Shown: positions 18,550 through 27,789, counted from the stretch's first letter. The stretch: 64,000 nucleotides of DNA from an uncultured Chloracidobacterium sp. (GCA_937966115.1 CALCKX010000002.1:19988-83987), one strand, 5' to 3'. The notes: generated from the letters alone by a model not told the origin. Numbers and translations are program-made.

Positions 18550-19899
18550 TCAGCTCTGCGCAAGCAGCTTCTCTTCGGCTGAGCCTGACCGCTGAAGCTG
18601 CTCCAAAACGGTAAAGAAGCCTGGAAATGACACGCCTACGCAAGCCGGGTCGTCAATAAAGGTAGGACCCTCGGCGACCAGCGCCCCGATGGCAAACGCC
18701 ATGGCGATCCGGTGATCGCCGGCCGTCTCGATTGTCGCGCCGCGGAAGCGTTGCCTTCCAGGGATCGTCAGCCCGTCAGCGCGCGCTTCCAGCTCGACGC
18801 CCATAGCACGCAAGTTGCGGGCAATCAGCGCGAGGCGGTCGCTTTCCTTCACGCGCAGCTCGCTCGCGTCAGTCACGTGGAGACCGCCAAAATAAGCTCC
18901 CAGCACGGACAAGACGGGAATTTCATCGATGGCGTTAGCGGTCAGCGGGCCCTCCAAGCGGATTTGCCGTTGCGGGCGCGCCGTCGTCGAGCTGACGAAC
19001 AAGTCGCCGATCGGCTCGCCGCCCTCCAGGCGCTCATTCCTGATGTCAAGGCTCGCCCCGGCGTCGCGCAGCGCCGTCAACAGCCCGGCGCGAGTGGGAT
19101 TCAATCCAACGCCTTCAAGGCACACCGCCGCGTCTTCAACCATAAGCCCGGCCGCCAGCAGGAAGGCGGCCGCCGAAAAGTCGCCTGGCGCGCGCAATCG
19201 CCCCGGGCTTTGCAGCCGATAATCGCCAGAAACCCGGCGCGTCGCGCCGCTCACGACGACCGGAACGCCAAACGCGCTAAGCAGTCGCTCCGTGTGGTCG
19301 CGGGTCGGGATTGGCTCAATCACGACCGTTTCGCCAGCGGCAAAGAGACCGGCCAACAGCAGACAGGACTTCACCTGCGCGCTCGCCAGCGCGGACTCAT
19401 GGGTTATGCCCCGCAAGCGACCGCCGCGAATGACGAGCGGCGCGAGGTCATCCTCCGCAGCCGAGATTGTCGCGCCCATGCGCCGCAGCGGCTCGATGAC
19501 GCGACGCATCGGGCGGCGGCGCAAGGAAGCGTCGCCAGTGATCACGGTTTCGAAGGGCTGACCGGCCAGAATCCCAGCCAGCAGTCGGATGGTCGTTCCG
19601 GAATTGGCGGCGTCCAGCGCGCCCGAGCTTGGCCGCAAGCCCGATCTTCCAACGCCCTGGATGAGCAAGCCCTCGGCGGTCGCCTGCGCGGCGACGCCCA
19701 GTCGCCTCAGGCACTCTAGCGTCGCCAAGCAGTCAGCGCTCGCCGAATAGCTCTCAATCAAGGTTTCGCCGTCAGCGATGGCGGCCAGCATCGCCATTCG
19801 GTGCGAAATGGATTTGTCGCCGGGCGCCCGAACCCGCCCGCGCAGGCGACGCGCCGGCTCAAGCCGCCGGGCCATGGCAGCCTCCACCGCTCCGCTCAC
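18550..19899 (-). CDS. aroA: 3-phosphoshikimate 1-carboxyvinyltransferase
   Basis: PGDKSISHR, NSGTT.RL, RPM, SAQVKS, RDHTE, ELRVKESDR, DHRIAM. GTG start overlaps the prkA stop; alternative ATG at 19875. Confidence 0.96.
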   Translation of the reverse strand: MSGAVEAAMARRLEPARRLRGRVRAPGDKSISHRMAMLAAIADGETLIESYSASADCLATLECLRRLGVAAQATAEGLLIQGVGRSGLRPSSGALDAANSGTTIRLLAGILAGQPFETVITGDASLRRRPMRRVIEPLRRMGATISAAEDDLAPLVIRGGRLRGITHESALASAQVKSCLLLAGLFAAGETVVIEPIPTRDHTERLLSAFGVPVVVSGATRRVSGDYRLQSPGRLRAPGDFSAAAFLLAAGLMVEDAAVCLEGVGLNPTRAGLLTALRDAGASLDIRNERLEGGEPIGDLFVSSTTARPQRQIRLEGPLTANAIDEIPVLSVLGAYFGGLHVTDASELRVKESDRLALIARNLRAMGVELEARADGLTIPGRQRFRGATIETAGDHRIAMAFAIGALVAEGPTFIDDPACVGVSFPGFFTVLEQLQRSGSAEEKLLAQS

Positions 19900-21827
19900 C
19901 GCGACAGCAAGCTTCCCACGTAGTTGAGCAGCTCGTTGGCGCTTTCGGACGTGTAGCCATGCTTTTTCACCAATCGGTCAATGACTTCATTAATTCGCCG
20001 CAACTGGTCCGCATCCGGAGACTTGGTTGAGGTCGTGATTTTGACGATATCCTTCAGGTCGGCGAAAATCTTCTTCTCGATGGCCTCTTTCAGTCGCTCG
20101 TGCGAATTGTACTCGAACCGCTTCCCCTTACGAGCATACGTCGAAATGCGAATCAGGATTTCCTGTCGGAACATGTTTTTGGCGTTTTCCGAAACGCCAA
20201 TTTGCTCCTCAATCGAGCGCATCAATCTCTCGTCCGGCTCCATTTCTTCCTCAGTAATGGCATCCTTGAGCTTTTCCTTGTTGCAGTAGGCTTCCACATT
20301 GTCAAGGTAGTTATCGCAGATGCTCTTGGCCATTTCCTCAAATGAATAGACAAACGCCCGCTGAACTTCTGTCTTGGCGATTTCGTCATATTCCTTGCGC
20401 ACCAGGGCGATCAAATTCAAATACCGCTCGCGCTCCTCGGTTGTGATCCCAGTGTGCTGGTCAAAGCCATCCCGGATGGCGCGCAGCGCGTCAATGGGCG
20501 TGATATATTTTTTCGACTCTTGCACCAGCGCGTTTGACAGCCGATTGATAATGTAGCGGGGCGAAATGCCGAACATGCCTTCGCGCGCGGTCTCCGCCTT
20601 GAGCTCCTTGACATCCTTGCTTTTGAACCCGTCCACATCCTCGCCGTCGTAAAGCTTCATCTTTTTGACCAGGTCCACATTGGCCCGCTTGGGCGCTTCG
20701 AGGCGCGTCAGCACGGCGAACATGGCGGCGACCCGCAGGGTGTACGGGGCGATGTGGACGCCCTGCAGGCTGCTTTGCGAAAGCAGCTTCTTGTAAATCC
20801 GCTCCTCTTCCGAGACCTTGAGATTGTATGGGACCTTGATCATGATGATCCGGTCCTGGAGAGCCTCGTTTTTCTTGTTTCCGACAAAGGATTGATACTC
20901 ATTCTCGTTGGTGTGCGAGATAATCACCTCGTCGGCATAGATCATGGCGTAACGCCCGGTTTTGATGGCCTGCTCCTGCGACAAGGTCAAGAGCGAGTAG
21001 AGAAACTTTTCGTCGCACTTGAGAATTTCAATAAACTCCATCATGCCGCGGTTGGCCACATTTAGCTCGCCGTCGAAGCGATAGGCTCGCGGATCGCTTT
21101 CCACGCCGACCTCGCCAATGGTTGAAAGGTCAATCGAGCCGGTCAGCTCGGAGACATCCTGCGACTTGGGATCGCTGGGCGCGAAGGTGCCAATGCCAAC
21201 GCGGTCTTTTTCAGAGAAAACGATCCGCTCGACAATGACGTCCTCGTGCCGCCCCTTGTAGGTATGCTCCAGATCGTAGCGCGCCTGCGGGCTAAGCTCG
21301 CCCTCGATATAAATCCCGTAGTGCTTCTGAATTTCCGGGCGCAAGTCCTGGGGAATGAGATGCATGGGGTCGCCATGCATCGGGTCGCCCTTGATGGCGT
21401 ACACCGCGCCGGCCTCGGAGCGCGTCCACTTCTCAAGCCCGCGCTTGAGGAGCGTCACAATGGTGGACTTGCCGCCGCCGACCGGCCCCATCAGTAGCAA
21501 AATGCGCTTGCGCACTTCCAGACGCTGAGCGGCCGACTTAAAATACTCAACCAGCTGCTCAATCGCCTCATCGATGCCGAACAGCTCGTCGCTAAAAAAG
21601 TTGTAGCGCGTCATCTCGTCGCGCGTCCCTTCATTGATGACAGTCGTGCCAGCGGCGAGAATCATGTCGCAGATGCGGGCATGCGCTAGTTGCGTCAGCT
21701 TGGGGCGCTTGACCGCCATCTCGAAGTACTCGCGGAATGTCCCTTCCCAGTGAAGCGAGGCGCGGTCGCGCCGATGCGCTTCCAGCAGTTGGGCGATGTC
21801 GGGCTTGGAGTTTTCAGTGTCAGACAT
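19896..21827 (-). CDS. prkA: PrkA/YeaG-family AAA+ serine protein kinase
   Basis: 'ILLLMGPVGGGKST', 'ESDPRAYRFDGELNVANRG', 'HTNENEY', 'EALQDR', 'GISPRY'. Confidence 0.93.
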   Translation of the reverse strand: MSDTENSKPDIAQLLEAHRRDRASLHWEGTFREYFEMAVKRPKLTQLAHARICDMILAAGTTVINEGTRDEMTRYNFFSDELFGIDEAIEQLVEYFKSAAQRLEVRKRILLLMGPVGGGKSTIVTLLKRGLEKWTRSEAGAVYAIKGDPMHGDPMHLIPQDLRPEIQKHYGIYIEGELSPQARYDLEHTYKGRHEDVIVERIVFSEKDRVGIGTFAPSDPKSQDVSELTGSIDLSTIGEVGVESDPRAYRFDGELNVANRGMMEFIEILKCDEKFLYSLLTLSQEQAIKTGRYAMIYADEVIISHTNENEYQSFVGNKKNEALQDRIIMIKVPYNLKVSEEERIYKKLLSQSSLQGVHIAPYTLRVAAMFAVLTRLEAPKRANVDLVKKMKLYDGEDVDGFKSKDVKELKAETAREGMFGISPRYIINRLSNALVQESKKYITPIDALRAIRDGFDQHTGITTEERERYLNLIALVRKEYDEIAKTEVQRAFVYSFEEMAKSICDNYLDNVEAYCNKEKLKDAITEEEMEPDERLMRSIEEQIGVSENAKNMFRQEILIRISTYARKGKRFEYNSHERLKEAIEKKIFADLKDIVKITTSTKSPDADQLRRINEVIDRLVKKHGYTSESANELLNYVGSLLSR

Positions 21828-21976
21828 GGCAGCGACTCCCGTCATGGACGATGAAATGCAAGATTCAGACGCGGGCGCCTGCGTCGGGGACGCAAGTCGG
21901 GCAGGCGAAAAGTATGGGCGCATTTGGCGTTATCGTCAATTGCTCGCAGGGCTGTCCGAAGGGCTAGGCGATTCCG

Positions 21977-22441
21977 GTGAAACTCACGCTCTATCTTGAA
22001 ACCTCGGTTGTCGGAGCTTATCTCGACAATGACGATTCCTTCCGCCGCGACTTGACCATGCGGTGGTGGGAACACGATATGCGGGAGTATCGCGCCTTTG
22101 TCTCGCCGCTCGTCCGGCATGAGCTGGAGCGACTCGCCGAGCCGCATCGCTCGGCCTATCTCAACCTCATTCAGCCCCTGCCACAGCTGCCGTTGCGCGA
22201 CGAAGCGGCCATGCTGGCCGCCGGCTACCTTGGCGGCGGCATTTTTCAGCGACGCTTCCTGGCGGACGCGCTCCATGTCGCCCTGGCTTCTGTTCATAAC
22301 ATAGACTTTTTTGTAACCTGGAACTTCGGGCATATTGCTAGCGTCCATCGCCAGGCGCGGGTCCGGCGCTTCAATCTCGTCAGCGGCTTTCCCTGTCCGA
22401 TCATTGTCACGCCGGAGTTCTTGGTCACCACCGGCGTCTGA
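21977..22441 (+). CDS. PIN-domain (VapC-like) nuclease
   Basis: 'LYLETSVV', 'S.LV..EL', 'DALHVALA', 'FVTWNFGHIA', 'PIIVTPE'. GTG start. Confidence 0.85.
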   Translation: MKLTLYLETSVVGAYLDNDDSFRRDLTMRWWEHDMREYRAFVSPLVRHELERLAEPHRSAYLNLIQPLPQLPLRDEAAMLAAGYLGGGIFQRRFLADALHVALASVHNIDFFVTWNFGHIASVHRQARVRRFNLVSGFPCPIIVTPEFLVTTGV

Positions 22442-22557
22442 GCGCGGATGAGCGAGCGCGGACGGGACGCGAGACGATGACGCGGCTGGCGGCGCGCGCG
22501 GCCGGGAATGGCCGACATGGAATAGCCTGGCATGGCGAAGAGGCAGGGTGAGCAGGC

Positions 22558-23697
22558 ATGGCGAAACGGGTTCTGCTAGTTGAGGATGATGCGACCATCG
22601 TCCAGATCGTGTCCAAGTGGCTGAGCCGCTACCGGGAAGAGTTTGAAGTCGTCACAGCCGAGCATGGACGCGCCGCGCTCGACGCCCTGGCGCGGCAACC
22701 AGCGGATATCGTGGTCACGGACCTGCAAATGCCCGTCATGGATGGCTTCGAGCTGATCGCCCACTTGCTTAGCGAAGCGCGGCGAACGCCGATCATCATC
22801 ACCACAGGCATGCCGATCGGCGATGTCGAGACGCGGCTCGGCAAGGTCGGAGACTTTCCGGTGCTCGGCAAGCCGCTCAGCGTCAGCGCGCTCTACAGCG
22901 TCATCCGCAATGAGCTGGACGCTCTCCAGCAAGGCGTGATCCAGGGCTTGACGCTGGCGTCGTTCCTGCAACTGCTGGAAGTCGAGCGCAAAAGCTGCGT
23001 GCTCCGCGTCACCGCCGCCGGCCGCGTCGGCTATCTATATTTCAGCGACGGCGAGCTCATCCATGCCGAGACGGGCCAACTGGCAGGCGAAGCCGCCGCC
23101 TTTGACATCCTGCTCTGGGAAGGCGTCAAGCTTCAGATGAGCGCGCCGCCGGCTGAGCTCCCGCCGCAGACGCTCCACGACCGGCTCATGGGCTTGCTCA
23201 TGGAAGCCTTTCGCCGCCGCGACGAAGCGGAAGCCAAGCGCCGCCCCGCCGCGCCCAAGCCGCCGGATCAGAGCGCAACGGCTGAGCTGGCCCTGAGCGC
23301 TTTGTCGGAGACGGAAGCGGAAGGCGACTGGAACGACGCGGCGCAAGCCATCGGCGACAAGCGACGACTGCCCGACGCGGCGGCGCAAGCCGCCGAAATG
23401 CTTCTTAGGCTGACCCATCAGCTTCTCCACGCCGGCGTCGAAGCCTCGAAAGCTTACGCCGTCGAGCCGGAGCTGCGGCGCCGCGTCAACGCCGACGATC
23501 TTCCGCAAGAGACCATCAACTTGCTGCGTCTCTTCGATGGTCATCTCCAACTTGGGGAAATCCTCGCCCGCGCATCGGACCAAGCCGCCGCCATTATGTT
23601 TCTCGCGAGCGGCCTGAAGGCCGCCGGCTTGCTGCGCGAAGTCAAAAGCGACGCTCCGGCGCCGGACATCGCCCCGCCCCCGACGCCTGGCGACTAA
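22558..23697 (+). CDS. Response regulator, REC + DUF4388 (PatA-like)
   Basis: 'LLVEDD', 'TDLQMPVMDG', 'GKP'; 'IQGLTLASFLQLLEVERKSCVL...GYLYFSDGELIHA'. Confidence 0.88.
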   Translation: MAKRVLLVEDDATIVQIVSKWLSRYREEFEVVTAEHGRAALDALARQPADIVVTDLQMPVMDGFELIAHLLSEARRTPIIITTGMPIGDVETRLGKVGDFPVLGKPLSVSALYSVIRNELDALQQGVIQGLTLASFLQLLEVERKSCVLRVTAAGRVGYLYFSDGELIHAETGQLAGEAAAFDILLWEGVKLQMSAPPAELPPQTLHDRLMGLLMEAFRRRDEAEAKRRPAAPKPPDQSATAELALSALSETEAEGDWNDAAQAIGDKRRLPDAAAQAAEMLLRLTHQLLHAGVEASKAYAVEPELRRRVNADDLPQETINLLRLFDGHLQLGEILARASDQAAAIMFLASGLKAAGLLREVKSDAPAPDIAPPPTPGD

Positions 23698-23972
23698 TAT
23701 GTTTCGCTCCCTCCCTGGCGCCTCATCCCTGGCGCGATTCCTGGCGCGGCCGCCCGCTCGTCGCGCTCTTGTCGCGCGGGGCGGCTCGGATGAAGCGTCG
23801 CTGGCGGCGACGCTCGACGCGCCCGCTTCAAAGCGGCAGCGTCGTCGCCAGCGCAGGCGCTGCGGGATGGCGGAACTGAGCGCCAGACTGAAGCGCTGGC
23901 AAAGCCGCCTCCGCAAGCATTGCTTGTCGCCAACGAATGCGCCCGAAGCCCTCGCGTTGGCAGCGCCTCCAT

Positions 23973-24002
23973 CAACGCTCGCGATGCCAACGCTCGCGAT
24001 GC
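23973..24002 (+). repeat. 15-bp perfect direct tandem repeat in an intergenic region (possible enhancer site)
   Basis: caacgctcgcgatgc x2. Confidence 0.85.
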
Positions 24003-24120
24003 GCCGCTCAGGGAGCGAATCAGTGACCAAAGTCTGGAAAAACCGCCTTGCCCCTGGTAATTTCAGTCGCGTCAGGCTACTCTCGGATCGCTTTCAACGC
24101 CACTCCAAGCTTCTCTTGGC

Positions 24121-24138
24121 CTGGCCGAGGGTTTGCTT
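24121..24138 (+). promoter_or_regulatory. Putative sigma-54 (-24/-12) promoter
   Basis: CTGGCCGAGGGTTTGCTT: GG (24123-24124), 10 nt, GC (24135-24136). Matches TGGC-N7-TTGC(A/T)-type spacing and lies upstream of the 24.2-30.9 kb gene run. Confidence 0.55.
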
Positions 24139-24241
24139 GTGATACCGAGCAAGCGGAACCGTCAGGGCGCCCGCTTGCCAGGGCGTCAGGACGGTGACGT
24201 TCAAAGCCGTCATCCAAATCAGCTCACAGGTGTCGCTCGTC

Positions 24242-25009
24242 ATGCCGCTCAACGATATTTCCATTTCGCCATCATTTTCGTCAGCGCCTAGCGAGCGCCT
24301 TTCAGTCCGGCAACTGCCCGCCCTGACCCGTCTCATCTACGGATGGTGCGCAAGCGTCGTCAATCGCGCGCTCGCCCGCTTCCCGACGCTCCAGCATGGG
24401 CTTCACCGCCTCGAGGAGGCCGAGCAAACCATCCGCCGATTGCGCCAGGAGCGAGACGAAGCGCTCGGCTTTTTGCGGGAGCGCAACTATGAGCTGGAGC
24501 GTTACGATACGGCGGCGCGCAACTTCTTCTCGGCCGTCAACGAGGCTTCGCGGGAGCTGGAAGATATCCGGCAAGCTCTATTGACTCATCAGGCGCGGGT
24601 TGCCGACCATGCCGAGCAACTCAAGCTTTACATTCTCCGCTTGCAGCAGAGTCTCCGCGAGGCGGCGCTTGACATGGAAGACGCTCAGTCTGAGCTCGAC
24701 GGCATCAAGTCGGCTTTTCAGGACCACCGGCGGCAGGTGGATGAGCGAGTCAGGCGCGCCGGGACGGCGACGCTCGACCTATTCAACGCCCTGCAAGAGG
24801 CTGAATCCGAGCTTGCGATATTAGAGCGACAAGCGCGCCGACATCAAAAAACAACATCGCGCGTCTATGGAGAAGCGGCGGCCGAAAATGAGCGATTGTC
24901 GCGGGAGCTGAACGTGATCGTGGCGGAAGTCGCGCAGACAAACAACCTTACGGTGGCGCACATCAACCAGCTCGAAGCCGAGCTAGCCGCCCTGCGCAAA
25001 GGTCGTTGA
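24242..25009 (+). CDS. Hypothetical long coiled-coil protein
   Basis: Heptad-rich Leu/Glu/Arg/Ala/Gln helix of about 200 aa. Start uncertain (GTG 24194 or ATG 24242). Confidence 0.7.
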   Translation: MPLNDISISPSFSSAPSERLSVRQLPALTRLIYGWCASVVNRALARFPTLQHGLHRLEEAEQTIRRLRQERDEALGFLRERNYELERYDTAARNFFSAVNEASRELEDIRQALLTHQARVADHAEQLKLYILRLQQSLREAALDMEDAQSELDGIKSAFQDHRRQVDERVRRAGTATLDLFNALQEAESELAILERQARRHQKTTSRVYGEAAAENERLSRELNVIVAEVAQTNNLTVAHINQLEAELAALRKGR

Positions 25010-25109
25010 AAAGCGAAGACTACCGCTCGCTAGAGAAAGCTCAATCGCCCCACTGCGCACGCAGCGTCTCTCAAACCCATTCTGCGCCCGGCGGCGACGC
25101 CTTTAGCTT

Positions 25110-25805
25110 ATGAAAACCAACTCCTACGTTCTGCGGCGGATCATTCAGGAGACGCCAGATGTGCGCTCATTCATCTTTGACTTTGGCGATTCCCCCTTCA
25201 GCTTTACGCCTGGGCAGTTTGTCATCTTCCGCCTCGATGACAAGCGGCAAGCGCCGCTTACCCTTAGCTCCTCCCCGCACGATCAGAAATACTTTCAAGT
25301 CACAGTCAAGCGAACCGGGAATTTTGGCACCCGATTCTACGATCAGATGCAGGTAGGCGACGCTGTCTCGATTGGCGAGCCGATGGGAAATCTCAAGCTC
25401 GATGTCAACGCGAGCGATCCAGTTTGCTTTATCGGCTCAGACTACTGCATCCCGGCCGCGCGGAGCTTCTTCTATTATATCCTCATCCGCCAGCCGCAGC
25501 GTCGAATCACGCTCTTTCACGAGCTGACCGACCCAAGTCAGGCGCTTTATGATAATGAGTTCAAGCACTTCGACCAAAACAGCCCGCTGACCAGGGTTCT
25601 CATTCTCAACCAGCTAATCCGCCCGCCGGGCTGGATGGGCGGACTAGGACGCATCACGCCGGTGATGCTCAGAAGTCTGTATCTTGAAAACCCGAATACA
25701 AAGTTTTACGCTGCTGGGGAATATCCAGAAACAAAGTTTTACCAACAAGCTCTTCAGTCTGCCGAGATTCCGAAGCAGAGCATTGTTGTCGAGCGATGGA
25801 GCTAG
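25110..25805 (+). CDS. Ferredoxin-NADP reductase-like FAD-binding oxidoreductase with degenerate motifs
   Basis: 'IIQETPDVRSF', 'FTPGQF', 'LSSSP', 'VTVKR.G.F', 'PMGN', 'GRIT', C-terminal 'ERWS'. Confidence 0.8.
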   Translation: MKTNSYVLRRIIQETPDVRSFIFDFGDSPFSFTPGQFVIFRLDDKRQAPLTLSSSPHDQKYFQVTVKRTGNFGTRFYDQMQVGDAVSIGEPMGNLKLDVNASDPVCFIGSDYCIPAARSFFYYILIRQPQRRITLFHELTDPSQALYDNEFKHFDQNSPLTRVLILNQLIRPPGWMGGLGRITPVMLRSLYLENPNTKFYAAGEYPETKFYQQALQSAEIPKQSIVVERWS

Positions 25806-25809
25806 CCTT

Positions 25810-26283
25810 ATGAAAACGCTGACGCTGCAGCCGATCAACAAAACGATCTCGGTCAAGACGGACACCAAGGTGCTTGACACGCTACTGGCTTCGCAATGCG
25901 AAGTCGCCATGGCCTGTGGCGGCATGGGGCTGTGCGCGACCTGTCACGTCTTCGTCATTAGGGGCGAGCAGGCGCTGACGCCGCGCACTGAGCGCGAGAT
26001 TCGCACGCTTGGCACCATTACCGGCGCCACGGCTCGCTCGCGGCTTTCCTGCCAGGCTCGCATCATTGGCGACGGCGTGGTGGTTGAGCTTCCCGAAGGC
26101 ATGTATCTTCAAAGCATTGAAGATCTGCGCGCGCTCGTCGGGAAGCGCGCCGAGGCCCCTATCCTGCACCCGCGCGACGGAAGAGTCCTTATCGAGCGTG
26201 GGAAAATTATCACGAAGTCGCGAATTTTAGAGCTTGAAGGCGAGGACTTCGACATGACAAAATTAGCGGCGTCGGCCTCGTGA
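25810..26283 (+). CDS. 2Fe-2S ferredoxin with C-terminal extension (Synechocystis Slr0148/Fd5-like)
   Basis: CGGMGLCATC...RLSCQ Cys pattern; extension 'ELPEGMY...LVGKRAE..ILHPRDG.VLIE.GKIIT'. Confidence 0.9.
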   Translation: MKTLTLQPINKTISVKTDTKVLDTLLASQCEVAMACGGMGLCATCHVFVIRGEQALTPRTEREIRTLGTITGATARSRLSCQARIIGDGVVVELPEGMYLQSIEDLRALVGKRAEAPILHPRDGRVLIERGKIITKSRILELEGEDFDMTKLAASAS

Positions 26284-26425
26284 AGTCGCCTCCTCGCTGC
26301 GCGCAAGCGCTTGCGCCAGGCTTTGCCTGGCTTCAAGGCTGATCTGACATTGACTGACATGACCTTCCCGAGCGATCCTGTCAAGCCAAACCCAACCTAC
26401 TCTTCACCTGAGGAGCGCTTATTCA

Positions 26426-27088
26426 ATGGCAATCAACGTAGCGGATGGCGGCATCAAAAACTACCATAACTATTTCGTTCCCGAGGATTTTCTGTCCCGC
26501 GACGCGCGCACGCGCACCATTCGGCTGCGGGATGGGCAGCGCGGCGTTTACGCTTCCGAGGATTTTATCGTCAGCTTGCACAGCGGACTCAACGAAGAGG
26601 TTGGCGACGCTTCCAATCTCGTGATGTACAAGTCCGGCTATGAATGGGGCGTCAGCGACATGAAGCGATTCGCCGAGAAAATGCGCCACGAGTTCGGAGG
26701 CGGCAAGCTCGATATTTGGCAAATGAACCGCAAGTTCGTTCTCGAATCCTGGTGGTGGCCGCTCACGACCGAGGGCTGGGGTGCCTGGGCCATTGACTTT
26801 AGCTTCGAGAAGCAGGGCATGGTGTTTGTCACCATCAAAAACTCCGCGGTCGCCAAGGCCATGGAGCAAGTCGGCAAGCCGGTTTGCTACATGTACGCCG
26901 GCATGTTCGCCGGCGTGTTCAGCGTTTTCGACCGCGAGGAGCGGGGCGGCATTGAGGTTCAGTGCTATTCCATGGGCAACGACTGCTGCAAATTCATCGT
27001 CGGCTCGCAAAAGAAGGTCAATGCGGCTGAGTTCTGGCGGCGAGAAGGGGCCACGGCCAAGGAAATCATGGAAAAGCTCGTTGACTAG
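26426..27088 (+). CDS. V4R-domain protein (Slr0144-like)
   Basis: RBS GAGGAG; 'EDFIV.L..GL.EEVG', 'ESWWWP...GWG', 'GKPVCYMYAG', 'EVQCYSMG...CKF', 'AAEFW..EGATA'. Confidence 0.88.
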   Translation: MAINVADGGIKNYHNYFVPEDFLSRDARTRTIRLRDGQRGVYASEDFIVSLHSGLNEEVGDASNLVMYKSGYEWGVSDMKRFAEKMRHEFGGGKLDIWQMNRKFVLESWWWPLTTEGWGAWAIDFSFEKQGMVFVTIKNSAVAKAMEQVGKPVCYMYAGMFAGVFSVFDREERGGIEVQCYSMGNDCCKFIVGSQKKVNAAEFWRREGATAKEIMEKLVD

Positions 27089-27151
27089 TCGCGTCGCTTA
27101 GCGGCGTTCACTCTCAACAGCATCAACTCATTTAGAAGGACGCTCATCCCC

Positions 27152-27652
27152 ATGGCGACTATCAGTTTCACACTTCCCAAGGAACTGCTCGACGAGCAGG
27201 AGGCTTTGCTGGAGCGCATCGCCCGCTGCCGCGAAAAGCTTAGCCTTGCCGTCCAACGCGCGCGCGCGGCGCTGAGTCTGGAAGACACGGCAGAAGTCTT
27301 TTTTGGGGAGCAGGTGCCGTGGGCCAAGCGCGGCGGCGCGCCGATTCGCGCCGCCATCGCCCGCCCGGCTTCGACGCGCCTGACAGCGGCGACCCGGATG
27401 ACGGGAGAGCTTGCGCCGCCGCCGGCAGCGCGCCTTGCTCCGGTCCTTCCGGCCCGGACTCCCGCCCCCGCGGCGGCCGTTGCCGGGACGGCCGCCGATG
27501 AAATGACGGCGCTGGCTTTCTTCGAGAGCATTCCCTGGGGGTCGAGCGGCGTTGGCAAGGTATCCAAGTCGCCTTGGTCAAGCCCTGGCGCCAGCGACTT
27601 TCTACGCGCCGCGACGGAAAGCGCCGTGCGCGCGTCGCAATCCAAGAGCTGA
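27152..27652 (+). CDS. Hypothetical protein with repeated FF-x(3,4)-PW motifs (possibly Slr0146-like)
   Basis: Same strand within the cluster; motifs 'AEVFFGEQVPW' and 'ALAFFESIPW' separated by a Pro/Ala linker. Confidence 0.65.
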   Translation: MATISFTLPKELLDEQEALLERIARCREKLSLAVQRARAALSLEDTAEVFFGEQVPWAKRGGAPIRAAIARPASTRLTAATRMTGELAPPPAARLAPVLPARTPAPAAAVAGTAADEMTALAFFESIPWGSSGVGKVSKSPWSSPGASDFLRAATESAVRASQSKS

Positions 27653-27789
27653 GGCCAACTCAGAGTCGAGGCGCGCGGCGACGACTTTGCGCGCCAAGCG
27701 GCTGAAGACTCGCCGCGCCCTCGGGCAACCAGACGACGCCGGACCAGACGCTGGATGGCTATGACCTTTCACCGGAGGACCCTTTTTCA

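Noticed and set aside
23699-24142. 147-aa ORF (and the antisense ORF 23035-24030) in the gap before the coiled-coil gene
   Set aside because: Arg/Ala-rich with no motif or RBS, and it overlaps the candidate promoter; treated as intergenic.
24145-24240. Riboswitch in the leader hairpins
   Set aside because: Stems are present but I could not match a known aptamer consensus; an Rfam/Infernal scan is needed.
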